A stretch of DNA of 64,000 nucleotides from Myxococcota bacterium (GTDB lineage: Bacteria; Myxococcota_A; SURF-8). The stretch lies in assembly GCA_965140415.1 (NCBI GenBank), contig OZ223209.1:1408001-1472000 (forward strand), read 5' to 3'. The translations under genes were made by a program, and so were the position numbers. Below, piece by piece: positions 8,659-18,809 of the stretch (its first letter is position 1; each line of letters starts with the position of its first letter). Under the pieces are notes generated by a model, which was given only the letters and a program-made list of their open reading frames with translations, had not been told where the DNA came from and ran no database searches.

Positions 8659-11082
8659 ATGATGAAAATCAAGATAACCGTGGTTTTCTTGTTTGCGCTT
8701 TGTTGCACTGCAATCATCGGTTGTAACGGAGAGGATGAAGACATCATTTTCGATGGCGACACAACCGAGTCCGAAGAAACGCTGCCGGATGGTGACATGG
8801 AAAATATGGATGGCGATTTCGATTCCGATATCGAGTTCGAGCAGGACGGCGATTTGGATATGGATTTGTATGATTCCTACGATGCGGTGGATACTACGGA
8901 GTTCGTCGATGACGATGTGATCGACCGCATCGAAAATTGTGGAGATTCGGATCCGGAGCCGGATATATTGCCTACAGCCTGTGTGGGTCTGGCGGATTGG
9001 AGTGCTTGCGATGATGAAAACTCTGATACGATTCGCGATGTCTGCCTGGAGGAAATCTGTACCGGCGTAGAAAGTTCGCTTGGGGGTTTGTGTAGTTCAG
9101 CCTCGGATTGCAAAGGCGAAAGTTACTGCGCCATCCGGAGCGGGGACACTTCCGGGCGCTGTCGTGCACGAGTGCAGCTTTTGGCTCCTGCTTCTACAGC
9201 TATTGCACTCGATCCTACGGGAACCGTTGTGGCGACTGATGTCGGCGGCTTGATTTACATCTACCATGTGGCAGACGGAAGAGTCGTACGGATTCTGGAG
9301 TGCAACGGCTCAATCGATAGCTTGGCGTTTACCCCGGACGGTCGAAGTTTATTGAGCGGACATTTGGACGACCGGGCGGTGTTGTGGAATCTGGGCGACG
9401 AAAGCGCCACGTTTGAAATTTCGCTTACGTCTTCTGTAGAGGATGTGGCCGTTTCGCCTGGCGGCACCCGACTTGCTATTGCGCATCAACAGGGAGTTGG
9501 CGTTTACGACGCTTCCACCGGCGGATCTCTTGTGAACTTGTATCCCACACGATCGTATGCCTTGCCATCGGCAAAACTGCGTTTCGGTTCGAACGACGAT
9601 CTGCTTTTCGTAGTCGGTTACGATAGTGTCAATGGGAAAGTCGACCGCTGGGATCTCAGTCAACCGCTGGTTCCCCGCAGGTACAGTTCATATGGTTTGG
9701 AAGTATTCGACCTGTGGCCCATCGGTGATAGCTATCTTTTACTTGCCGGTGTGCAGCCTTCCTTCCCTTTGGATGGCGATATCGACGGCGTTCCCTCCGT
9801 AACCGAAGACAAGGGGGAATTTATAATTCTCGATTTGGATAGCGGTGATATGGTCGGTCCCACTCATGAACTTCCTGGTACCGTAAGCGCCATTCGCGCA
9901 ACCGCAGACGGCAGCCGGGTTTTCGTTTCCGTTTCCAACGATTTGGATGAGAATCCTGCTGTACAGGACGCCACCGGTTGGCTTTATAGCTATACGCTCT
10001 CTGCTAATCCCGTTCAACTTGCTGAATCCTGGAGTGTGGCGAGTAAACGAGAATTTTTCGATGATCTAGTGTTATCGCCGGACGATCAATGGTTGGTTTC
10101 CACCGGTAGAAATGGCTTGTTACAGCAGTTTAGTGCGGCAGATGGCAGCGCCATGAAAGATATCAATGCCTATTTCATCCCGAACGGCTTACGCAGCAGG
10201 GGAAATTTTGTGGCAGCGGCTGGTCATCAGGGAAACTGGCAGGATATTGGAGCCTATGGGGTATGGTGGCTCGATACGCTTTCTTCGGCCTACCAGCATC
10301 GCTTTAGCTATTATGAAAGCAGAAACCTGCGCAGTGTAGCCATCAGTAGCGACTGTAGTAAAATGGCCATCAGTTCGGCAATAGGAGATGTGTACGAGAT
10401 GCACCTCCCGGATGGTCCCGGTCCCTATGCAAGCTATTTCCACAATGGACCGTTTGTGCTGCGCTTTGCACCGGATCGCTATCTGCTTGCCAGTGCCGGA
10501 CAGGACGAGCGTATTCTGTTCTCTCCCTTTGCCGCTCCCGGGCAGCCGCGCGTGGTACGTCCACACTCGGTGCCGATCATGACGATTGACATTACGGACA
10601 ATCTCCGTTTCGCAAGCGGAGCCTACGGGTCGAGTCGTGACACGACGGCTGAGATATTCGTTTGGGATCTGCCGGAAGAAGGCGACCCGATAATTGTACA
10701 GGATCTTTCAGACGGTTACGCAAGGGTCAATCAGGTGCTGTTCTCCAAAGATGGAGCCTATCTGGCGGCGGGTGGCTATTCCACTTCGATGCAGCCCCAG
10801 GTTTCCGTATGGCGCACAAGCGATTGGCAGCGGCTGGGGCTTTTGGAGGACAACGTTGTCGCTTTCACACCCGACGGCGAACATGTGATCACCTCCCGGC
10901 TTTCGGCTTCCGAAACGATTCGAATCTATTCCCTGCCGGGGTTGGACCTAGTGCGGGAAATAGAGGGTGAATTCGCTTCTGCCTTGGAAGTAAGCGATGA
11001 TGGTCGCTGGCTGATCGGTCTTGCCTACGGCAGAATGCTTCGTCTTTGGGACATCGAAGATCTACAAAGTGGTCCGAACTGA
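8659..11082 (+). CDS. WD40/beta-propeller lipoprotein with acidic DGD linker and small Cys-rich domain
   Basis: Lipobox IIGC; repeats SLAFTPDGRSLLSG, VAVSPGG, LSPDDQWLVS, FSKDGAYLAAG, LRLWDI. Confidence 0.85.
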   Translation: MMKIKITVVFLFALCCTAIIGCNGEDEDIIFDGDTTESEETLPDGDMENMDGDFDSDIEFEQDGDLDMDLYDSYDAVDTTEFVDDDVIDRIENCGDSDPEPDILPTACVGLADWSACDDENSDTIRDVCLEEICTGVESSLGGLCSSASDCKGESYCAIRSGDTSGRCRARVQLLAPASTAIALDPTGTVVATDVGGLIYIYHVADGRVVRILECNGSIDSLAFTPDGRSLLSGHLDDRAVLWNLGDESATFEISLTSSVEDVAVSPGGTRLAIAHQQGVGVYDASTGGSLVNLYPTRSYALPSAKLRFGSNDDLLFVVGYDSVNGKVDRWDLSQPLVPRRYSSYGLEVFDLWPIGDSYLLLAGVQPSFPLDGDIDGVPSVTEDKGEFIILDLDSGDMVGPTHELPGTVSAIRATADGSRVFVSVSNDLDENPAVQDATGWLYSYTLSANPVQLAESWSVASKREFFDDLVLSPDDQWLVSTGRNGLLQQFSAADGSAMKDINAYFIPNGLRSRGNFVAAAGHQGNWQDIGAYGVWWLDTLSSAYQHRFSYYESRNLRSVAISSDCSKMAISSAIGDVYEMHLPDGPGPYASYFHNGPFVLRFAPDRYLLASAGQDERILFSPFAAPGQPRVVRPHSVPIMTIDITDNLRFASGAYGSSRDTTAEIFVWDLPEEGDPIIVQDLSDGYARVNQVLFSKDGAYLAAGGYSTSMQPQVSVWRTSDWQRLGLLEDNVVAFTPDGEHVITSRLSASETIRIYSLPGLDLVREIEGEFASALEVSDDGRWLIGLAYGRMLRLWDIEDLQSGPN

Positions 11083-11117
11083 GCGAGGTGATTTACAAGA
11101 TTGTTTTTAACCTCTGA

Positions 11118-11143
11118 TCGAGCGGGATTGCAATCCCGCTCGA
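11118..11143. repeat. Perfect 26-bp palindrome between convergent genes (REP-like or bidirectional hairpin)
   Basis: TCGAGCGGGATTGCAATCCCGCTCGA is self-complementary. Confidence 0.8.
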
Positions 11144-11153
11144 ATGGAGAGAC

Positions 11154-14100
11154 CTAGCCAATTCGTTGCCTTCGTCTTACGCGGAGGATGAGAACCAGCG
11201 TGAGTAAGAGCCATGCAGGGTTGGAACTTGTCGTAGTATGACAGCCGCCAGCACTGCCGTCGGTGTCTTCCTGATCGCCCTCGATGGCGGTGTCCGCAGC
11301 GTTTTCCGCATCGCCGTCAATGATGAATTCGAAATCCGAATCCGACTCATTTGATTCGATGTTTTCGACGAGATCATAATCACCCGCTGTGTCGATAGGG
11401 TCGAAATCCTTATCCGCTTTCTCGAAAGTGTCCTGATCAGCATCGCCATCCGTGTTGTCCGAATCGGCAACTTCAAAAGCATCCTGATCCCCATCCAGAG
11501 TTTCCCACTCGATCCAGTCGGTGTCCAGATCGCCATTCGGGGAATCGATTTCTGCTGTTTCTGTGTCACCGTCTGCAAAATCTCCGTCAAGATCGTCGGT
11601 ATCCCATTCGTATTCGAGCCGGTCTGCGTCTTCCCATTCCAGCTCGAAGTCTGCGTTTTCAATATCCAGATCGCCCTCAAGGAAATCGGTGTCGCCGGAC
11701 TCTCCCTCGATCCAGTCGCCATCGCTGCTGTGGTATTCATCGATTAATAGCGTATAGCCGGATGTGGTGGCGCGTTGTCCGCCTAAGTTTAACACCTGTA
11801 GTCTTTCCGCGTATGAGGCCATTTCGAAAATGGCGTGCTCCGTTTCACCGGAAGATGCATCATTCAGCCAGCCGAAACAGGTATCATCGGATGCATTACA
11901 GCTTTCCCAAATGACGAGCGCCAGATCCTGACCGGTATGCGGGGTAAGCGTGATTTCGTATTGATTGCCTGCTTGCAAAGGAAGATCGAAAAAGGCGTCC
12001 GCTCCGCTCTGGTCTTCTCCGGCGCAGGAAGCCGGTGCCGTCAGGTAGGCATGGAAACCGGAAAGATCTCCTTCAAATGGAATGCCGAGCGTCAGTGCAT
12101 GAGCCGTTTCACAGGTGTCCTGTTCGCCGAGTGTTTCGCATGCGCCATTGAAGCAGGCTCCCTCATCACACAGGTGCCAATCGGGATAGGCAGCATAGAG
12201 GCATTCCCCGCTCTGCGGTTCACATACACCTGCCTGGTGACAGTCTTCCGCTTGCGGGCAGGTTACAGCAGGTTCGCTCTGTTCGCAGGCGCCAGCCAGG
12301 CAAGAATAGATGCCATTGCACAAGTTGCCATCGTCGCAGCTTGTATTGTTGGGCAAGTGGTTACTCTGGCAAACTCCGAGTTCATCACAGGTATCTTGTG
12401 CGGAACAATCGCTGGGACCGTCCCCACAATCATTTCCAATGTGCGAGGTCGGATCCTTCACACAGCTATATTCATCTTCACCGTCGGATTGGCAGATGCC
12501 GGTGTTGCAATCATCGTTTTCTGCGGAGCAATCGGGTGCATCACCAGCAACACAACTTCCCGACTGGCAACTGTCGTTGACGGTGCAGCCGTTGCTGTCG
12601 GCGTTGCAGCTTGCGCCTTCGTGCGTTGTCGGATCTTTCACGCAGCTATACTCGTTTTCGCCATCGGATTGGCAGATGCCTGTGTTGCAATCGTCGTTTT
12701 CTGCGGAGCAATCGGGTGCATCTCCCGCGATGCAGCTTCCCGACTGGCAACTGTCGTTGACGGTGCAGCCGTTGCTGTCGGCGTTGCAGCTTGCGCCTTC
12801 GTGCGCTGTCGGATCCTTCACACAGCTATATTCATCTTCACCGTCGGATTGGCAGATGCCGGTGTTGCAATCGTCGTTTTTAGCCGAGCAGTCGGGAAGA
12901 TCACCAGCGACACAATTTCCAGACTGGCAACTGTCGTTGACGGTGCAGCCGTTGCTGTCGGCGTTGCAGCTTGCGCCTTCATGCGGAGTGGGATCCTTCA
13001 CGCAGCTATATTCATCTTCACCGTCGGATTGGCAGATGCCGGTGTTGCAATCGTCGTTTTCTGCGGAGCAATCGGGTGCATCGCCCGCGACACAATTTCC
13101 CGACTGGCAACTGTCTCCGACGGTGCAGCCGTTGCTGTCGGCGTTGCAGCTTGCGCCTTCATGCGGAGTGGGATCTTTTTCACAGGTGTAATCGTTTTCT
13201 CCATCGGACTGGCAGACGCCGGTGTTGCAGGCATCGTTTTTAGCCGAGCAGTCGGGAAGATCACCAGCGACACAATTTCCAGACTGGCAACTGTCGTTGA
13301 CGGTGCAGCCGTTGCTGTCGGCGTTACAGCTTGCGCCTTCATGCGGAGTGGGATCGGCAAGGCAGGTTGAGCTGCCATCGCCGTTGTCGTGGCAATAGCC
13401 AGAATTGCATACATCGTTCAGATGGCTGCAATCCACGTTATAGCAGGGATCGGGAACGCAGTTCGGATATCCCTTGTAACCGGTGGCGCACAGGGTGCAA
13501 TCCGTTCCATCATAGCCTTCAATGCAGGTGCAGGCGGAAGGTGCGAGATCCAGAATCAGCATTCCACTTTGATAGGCTGTCAGATAGGCCTTGCGATTTG
13601 CAACGAAGCTTTCGCGATTAAAATCCGGTGTGTCGTACTCGCTTATAAGCGTGGGTAAAGCAGGATCGGAAACGTCGTAAATCTGAAGACCGTTATCTCC
13701 AAGCGACAAATATGCGCGATTGCTTTCTACGAAAATACTTATTGAACCGCTTTCAATATCGAGATGACTCAACGATACCGGCGCCAAGGGATCCTGTACG
13801 TTGAGAATGTCCATGCCTTCGCTGCTGGCCATATAAGCCAGCGAGCCCACGACTTGAACGTCGCGTGCATAGCCGTCTAAATATTTCCTGTTGAGTGAGC
13901 CTGGATCCGCCGGATTCGATACATCCACCATATGAAGATCGCCTGTCGAGTCGGCAATATAAGCGATTCCACCGTGAACCTCGATAGCATTTCCCCAGCA
14001 ACCCAAATCCGGGCGATAAAGGCTGCCTACTCTTACCGGCATGGAAGGATCTGAAACATTGAAGATCAGCAGAGCCGTGACCGAGCCGAACGTGATATGC

Positions 14101-17100
14101 TTGCTTGCGGTTACATATGCCAGATTCCCAACCACATAAACATCGATGGCTTCATAGGTGCCAGGATCGCCACTTCCAACAAGCACCGGTGCGCCTGGAT
14201 CGGAGACATCGATTATCTGTAAACCGCTTTCCCCGTCTGCGATATAAACCATGGAATCCTTGACGAAAAGATTGCGGGCGAAATCCGGTGTGTCGATTCC
14301 ACCCAGAGTCACGGGTGTGGAAGGATCGGAAACATCGACGATCCACAGCCCGTCTGCGCCGGAAGCGAAATAGGCAATTTCCCCAACGACCTGTACGCGG
14401 TAGGACAACCCTGCAAGGCTTCCCAGCAGTTGAGGGGTTACTTCATCGCATTGACAGGCAGCAATTCCGCTTGAGTCGTCACAGACCGCATAGCCGCAGT
14501 CCATCTCGCTATTGGAGCAGCCGGGCAGGCAGATGCTGTCGTCGTTATTGTCCTGGAAGCCTTCGGTGCAAAGTTCACAGGATTCCCCGACATATTCCTC
14601 CAGGCACAGGCAGCTTCCATCTCCGCCGCAGATGCCGGAAGCGGGACAACTGTAAATCGTTCCACCGCAAGCGCCGGCAGTGCATATGTCGTCATAAGAA
14701 CAGGGGTTGAAGTCGTTGCAGGATTCGCCTTCATTCGGATCGGAGGATTGTATGCAGCTATAGCTGCCATCGCCATTATCCTGGCAGACACCGGTCAGAC
14801 AGACGTCGTCCTCATCGCTGCAATCCACGCCGTAGCAGGGATCGGGAACGCAGTCCGGGTAATTCTTGTAGCCTTCGGCGCAACTGTCGCAATTCGGTTC
14901 GGCATATCCTTCCAAACATGAGCATACCGCCACGCCGCTGCTGTTGTCGCAAGACTCATGTTCCTGGCAGGGGTCAGGATGGCAGGGATCGTCGATGCAG
15001 AGACCGGAGTCGCCTGGGTATTCAAAGAAGCCAAAGTCGCAGACTGTGCAATCGTCTCCCGCGTATCCCTCCATGCAATCGCAGCCGGGAGCTTGATAAA
15101 GTTGTAAACCACCGTAACGCTCCGCGACGTAAAGTACTCGACCGGAGATAGCGACTTTGTACGGCATGTCATATGTGTCTAAGCTGTGAAGCAATACGGG
15201 TGCGGCGAAGTTGGATATGTCGATGACTTCCACGTTGCCGTAATTGCCGTCAGCCACATAGACTCTTTGCCCTCTCCTGGTAACGCCCAATGCGTTATGA
15301 GCCGTGTCATAGCTGCCAAGTAATGCTGGAGCCACAGGATCGCTGACATCGACAATCTGCAAACCGCCGGGAGAACCGTCTGCAAGATAAGCCGTGTGCT
15401 TGGACACGACGACATCGTAGCCGTAGCCGGGAGAATCGTAACGCCCCACATAATCAGGATCGGTAGGATCGGAAACATCCACGATATACATTCCCGCCGT
15501 GGAGTTGGCTACGGCGTATAGCATCCCGTTCTGAACGACGATTCTTCTGGCGCCGATCTCTTCATTTGCACCCAGAAAGAGCGGTGAGGAAGGATCCGAA
15601 ACGTCATAAATCATGAGCCCATCGTAGTTTAGCCCCACATAGGCTTTGTTATCCTGGACGAACACGCCGGAGGCTTCATCTCCCATTGTGACATTGGCAA
15701 GCGGTAACGGTGTGGTCGGATCGGAAATATCCAGAATAAAAAGCTTTCCCTCCGTATCCGTGACGTAAAGCGTGGAACCGTCTGCAAAAACGCCACCAAC
15801 TTCCGCTTCCGTGTAGTAATGGTGGTAGAAAACGGGAGCATCCGGATTGGCAACACCATACAGCAACAAGCCTCTATTATCATCAACCACATAGGCGATA
15901 TCGTCCCATACGGAGACCTGAGTGGCGAATTGGGGAATATCGAAATAACCCAGTTGCACCGGTGCACTCGTATCGGAAGTGTTGAATACCTGTAATCCCT
16001 TGTTCTTATCTGCGATGTAAATCGTATCGCCGGAAACGGCAACAGCCTGTGGTGAATCCGGTGTGTCGTAGCTGCCAAGCAATTGAGGAGCGTTGCTGAT
16101 TGAAATATCGAAAATCTCATACTGTCCAAGCGAGGTGCCGTAAACCACGTACAACTTATTGCCTTCCAGTGCAAGACCGTAACCGCGAGTCGGCGTTTCA
16201 TGGCTACCTACTAATGTCGGTGTGGTGGGGTCGGACACATCGATGATTTTCAACCCGCCGGTATAAGCGTCGGCGACATATGCGATATCGTCTCGAACGA
16301 TTACTTCATAGGCCCAGCCAATGTCCCAGAAATGACCGATCTGAGAAATTGCGGATGGTGTAGAGACATCGAAAATTTTCATTCCGCCGTTTTCATCTCC
16401 AAGATACAACGTTTCTCCATATAGAAACAGGTTGCTTGCATAGCCGGAAGTATCAAAACTGTCCAGCAGGACCGGGGCGGCTGGATCGCTGACGTTTAGA
16501 GTCAATACTCCTTGTTGTTTCGCAGCCAGATAGGCGATGCCGTCTTTTGCAATCACGTCGAGAAGATAGCTCGTAGTGGCATAGCTGCCCAGGAAAGCAG
16601 GTGCGGTCGGATCGGTGACATCGATGATCTGTAAGCCCCCGTCTTCATCCGCAATGTAGGCCGTGGTGCCATCCACGTACACGTTCAGAGCCTCTCCGGG
16701 AGTATCATAGTTACCCAGTAATGCGATGTGGGATGGGTCCGACACGTCGAAGATGTACAATCCACCATATTCATTAGCGACGTAAGCCAGATCGCCTTCT
16801 ACTTGAACATCCATGGTGTCGCCATAGATGCCAAACATAAATTCCGGTGTTTCACCACCACAGACGCATTGGGCCGGACCCAGCGAATCATTGCAGGCGA
16901 TATTTCCACAATCGACATCGGGATGAGTGCAGGCAATTTCGCAGGTGCCGTTTTGATCGTTGTCTTGATAATCCGTATCGCAAAGTTCGCAGAGATCTCC
17001 GGTGTAGCCGGGATCGCAGCTTGGATTCTTGGACGAACGTTTATTGGTTGTATTTATTGTTGAGAAGGAATTCGCCTGCAAGAGTGCAGTTGCATGCCTT

Positions 17101-17231
17101 GGTGCTTTGCCGCCAGCGAGACCCGATTCATTATTGTCTGCTTGTGTCCCGGAAGTCAGGTCGGAACAGGATAGCAATAAACTGAATGATAGAATCATGC
17201 ACCACAAGACATGGATGTATGACGAATACAC
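11154..17231 (-). CDS. Giant surface protein: LVIVD beta-propeller blocks, EGF-like/Cys-rich repeats, acidic linker, MYXO-CTERM-like sorting signal
   Basis: GTG start with AGGAGG RBS; lipobox-like LLSC; many GLQIIDVSDP/YDTPG repeats; C-terminus GGCHTTTSSNPAWLLLTLVLILRVRRRQRIG. Confidence 0.88.
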   Translation of the reverse strand: MYSSYIHVLWCMILSFSLLLSCSDLTSGTQADNNESGLAGGKAPRHATALLQANSFSTINTTNKRSSKNPSCDPGYTGDLCELCDTDYQDNDQNGTCEIACTHPDVDCGNIACNDSLGPAQCVCGGETPEFMFGIYGDTMDVQVEGDLAYVANEYGGLYIFDVSDPSHIALLGNYDTPGEALNVYVDGTTAYIADEDGGLQIIDVTDPTAPAFLGSYATTSYLLDVIAKDGIAYLAAKQQGVLTLNVSDPAAPVLLDSFDTSGYASNLFLYGETLYLGDENGGMKIFDVSTPSAISQIGHFWDIGWAYEVIVRDDIAYVADAYTGGLKIIDVSDPTTPTLVGSHETPTRGYGLALEGNKLYVVYGTSLGQYEIFDISISNAPQLLGSYDTPDSPQAVAVSGDTIYIADKNKGLQVFNTSDTSAPVQLGYFDIPQFATQVSVWDDIAYVVDDNRGLLLYGVANPDAPVFYHHYYTEAEVGGVFADGSTLYVTDTEGKLFILDISDPTTPLPLANVTMGDEASGVFVQDNKAYVGLNYDGLMIYDVSDPSSPLFLGANEEIGARRIVVQNGMLYAVANSTAGMYIVDVSDPTDPDYVGRYDSPGYGYDVVVSKHTAYLADGSPGGLQIVDVSDPVAPALLGSYDTAHNALGVTRRGQRVYVADGNYGNVEVIDISNFAAPVLLHSLDTYDMPYKVAISGRVLYVAERYGGLQLYQAPGCDCMEGYAGDDCTVCDFGFFEYPGDSGLCIDDPCHPDPCQEHESCDNSSGVAVCSCLEGYAEPNCDSCAEGYKNYPDCVPDPCYGVDCSDEDDVCLTGVCQDNGDGSYSCIQSSDPNEGESCNDFNPCSYDDICTAGACGGTIYSCPASGICGGDGSCLCLEEYVGESCELCTEGFQDNNDDSICLPGCSNSEMDCGYAVCDDSSGIAACQCDEVTPQLLGSLAGLSYRVQVVGEIAYFASGADGLWIVDVSDPSTPVTLGGIDTPDFARNLFVKDSMVYIADGESGLQIIDVSDPGAPVLVGSGDPGTYEAIDVYVVGNLAYVTASKHITFGSVTALLIFNVSDPSMPVRVGSLYRPDLGCWGNAIEVHGGIAYIADSTGDLHMVDVSNPADPGSLNRKYLDGYARDVQVVGSLAYMASSEGMDILNVQDPLAPVSLSHLDIESGSISIFVESNRAYLSLGDNGLQIYDVSDPALPTLISEYDTPDFNRESFVANRKAYLTAYQSGMLILDLAPSACTCIEGYDGTDCTLCATGYKGYPNCVPDPCYNVDCSHLNDVCNSGYCHDNGDGSSTCLADPTPHEGASCNADSNGCTVNDSCQSGNCVAGDLPDCSAKNDACNTGVCQSDGENDYTCEKDPTPHEGASCNADSNGCTVGDSCQSGNCVAGDAPDCSAENDDCNTGICQSDGEDEYSCVKDPTPHEGASCNADSNGCTVNDSCQSGNCVAGDLPDCSAKNDDCNTGICQSDGEDEYSCVKDPTAHEGASCNADSNGCTVNDSCQSGSCIAGDAPDCSAENDDCNTGICQSDGENEYSCVKDPTTHEGASCNADSNGCTVNDSCQSGSCVAGDAPDCSAENDDCNTGICQSDGEDEYSCVKDPTSHIGNDCGDGPSDCSAQDTCDELGVCQSNHLPNNTSCDDGNLCNGIYSCLAGACEQSEPAVTCPQAEDCHQAGVCEPQSGECLYAAYPDWHLCDEGACFNGACETLGEQDTCETAHALTLGIPFEGDLSGFHAYLTAPASCAGEDQSGADAFFDLPLQAGNQYEITLTPHTGQDLALVIWESCNASDDTCFGWLNDASSGETEHAIFEMASYAERLQVLNLGGQRATTSGYTLLIDEYHSSDGDWIEGESGDTDFLEGDLDIENADFELEWEDADRLEYEWDTDDLDGDFADGDTETAEIDSPNGDLDTDWIEWETLDGDQDAFEVADSDNTDGDADQDTFEKADKDFDPIDTAGDYDLVENIESNESDSDFEFIIDGDAENAADTAIEGDQEDTDGSAGGCHTTTSSNPAWLLLTLVLILRVRRRQRIG
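12451..13355. repeat. Five tandem 180-bp coding repeats (60 aa, 8 Cys each)
   Basis: Units begin GGATC at 12451, 12631, 12811, 12991 and 13171 and are near-identical; unit CVKDPTPHEGASCNADSNGCTVNDSCQSGNCVAGDxPDCSAxNDDCNTGICQSDGEDEYS. Confidence 0.97.
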
Positions 17232-17448
17232 ATTGGCCTCCTACACATACGACAAGCACATTTGTGCGAATTATTGACTGCTCGGGCAGTGTTGAAATGT
17301 ATCGAATATCAATGGTCACATACTCGTGCACATGGAGGGACTTGTCAAGCAAAACGCAAGTGTTTCACTAGGTTTGCTATGAATTCTAAAGCCTGAAAAA
17401 TCCGTTAGGACTGGCAAGGTGATGCAGAGAGTGCAAGTCGTAGAGATA

Positions 17449-18777
17449 TTATGTTTTCACACGTTCCAGTATCGCCAGGGATTCAACGTGGCGCGTCTGC
17501 GAAAAGAAATCGAATGCGGTGACTCGTTGCAAACGATAACCGCCCAGCAACAAGGGACGCAAATCGCGCGCCTGGGTGGCGGGATCGCAGGAAAGGTAAA
17601 CCACCAAGTGAGGTTTCAGCGCCAGGATATGCTCCATTCCGTCGGGGCATCCTGCGCGTGGCGGATCTAAAAACAATACGTCCGGTTTGGGTTCGTTCTC
17701 ATCTTGAAGCAGGCGGGTCAAGCCGTCTGCCGCGCCTGCCGCCAAGGGGATGATCTGTGCCGGAGAATGTTGCATGTTTTGCTGCGCCATCGACACCGCG
17801 CGCTCATCCAATTCGACGCTCACCACGCGCCTGCAATGCGCCGCCAGCACCGAGGTGAAATTCCCCGACCCGGAGAATAACTCGATTGCAGCGGGCTTTT
17901 GTTCGCGGTCGTTAAAACGCACTTCAAGTTCTTCTGCTACTTGTTGTTGAACCAGGCCGTTCAATGCAGCGTTGGCCTGCCAGAAACTGTCGATCTGATG
18001 ATGGACGCCCGCTATATCTTTCGTTCCAAGTTGCACTGCGCTATTGCCAAAGACTTCCCGCTGCTTCCCGCTGCTCCACACGACACCACAGAGTTTGGGA
18101 ACGGATTGCAGCAGGGTATCGATTGCGTTGTCCTCGGCTGGCTTTGCGGCGCTTAGTGCAAGTACGCAGCGGTCTTTGTATTCCGAATAGCCGATCTCCA
18201 TGAAATTGAAATCAAGCTTATTGCGAGTAAGGAATTCTTTGACTTGTTTCAGTGTGGCGTCCAGTTCGGGCAGCAGGGCAGGGCAGCTTTCGAAAGGAAC
18301 GACCGCATGGCTTTTTCTGGCGAAGAAGCCGACTTCTCCCTTGTGGTTATTATGCAGTCTGGCTTTGCTGCGGGTGCCGTACGGATCTTGCGCTCCGATG
18401 ATTTCAACCGGAACGTCCGGTATACCTGCGAATTTTCGCAATGCATCCACCACGATGCGCCGCTTTTCCTGTAACTGCCGCTGATAGTCGATGTGCTGCC
18501 AGTGGCAGCCACCGCAGGTTCCGAATACTGGGCAACGGGGTTGCACGCGATCCGGCGAAGGCGCCAGTACCTCAACGCACTGCGCTTCATCGAATTTCCT
18601 GGCCGTTTTGGTGATGCGTGCCCGGACGAAGTCTCCGGGGCAGCCATCTTGCACGAAAACCACTTTTCCAAGCAAGCGCCCCACCGCCAGGCCGCTGGAG
18701 GCCAGACCGTCTAAAGGCAGGTCGATCAAGCGTTCCGATACAGGTTTCTTGGGTGTTCGTTTTCGTTTGGTTTTCAT
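17449..18777 (-). CDS. rlmD: 23S rRNA (uracil-C5)-methyltransferase, TRAM domain
   Basis: TRAM N-terminus, CPVFGTCGGC Fe-S motif, FWQAN, ELFSGSG, LDPPRAG, YLSCDPATQARD, TRHVES. Confidence 0.9.
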   Translation of the reverse strand: MKTKRKRTPKKPVSERLIDLPLDGLASSGLAVGRLLGKVVFVQDGCPGDFVRARITKTARKFDEAQCVEVLAPSPDRVQPRCPVFGTCGGCHWQHIDYQRQLQEKRRIVVDALRKFAGIPDVPVEIIGAQDPYGTRSKARLHNNHKGEVGFFARKSHAVVPFESCPALLPELDATLKQVKEFLTRNKLDFNFMEIGYSEYKDRCVLALSAAKPAEDNAIDTLLQSVPKLCGVVWSSGKQREVFGNSAVQLGTKDIAGVHHQIDSFWQANAALNGLVQQQVAEELEVRFNDREQKPAAIELFSGSGNFTSVLAAHCRRVVSVELDERAVSMAQQNMQHSPAQIIPLAAGAADGLTRLLQDENEPKPDVLFLDPPRAGCPDGMEHILALKPHLVVYLSCDPATQARDLRPLLLGGYRLQRVTAFDFFSQTRHVESLAILERVKT

Positions 18778-18809
18778 GAGGCTGCCCTGGCTTTAAAAGA
18801 GGCGATATA

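Noticed and set aside
12451-13355. Possible CRISPR array
   Set aside because: Contiguous 180-bp in-frame coding units with no unique spacers and no cas genes.
11835-13370. 511-aa and 293-aa plus-strand ORFs
   Set aside because: Antisense shadows of the Cys-rich tandem repeats of the 2025-aa gene; no RBS or protein-like features.
17411-17426. Sigma-54-like CTGGCAAGGTGATGCA
   Set aside because: GG-GC spacing is 9 nt rather than 10, and it points away from the adjacent gene start.
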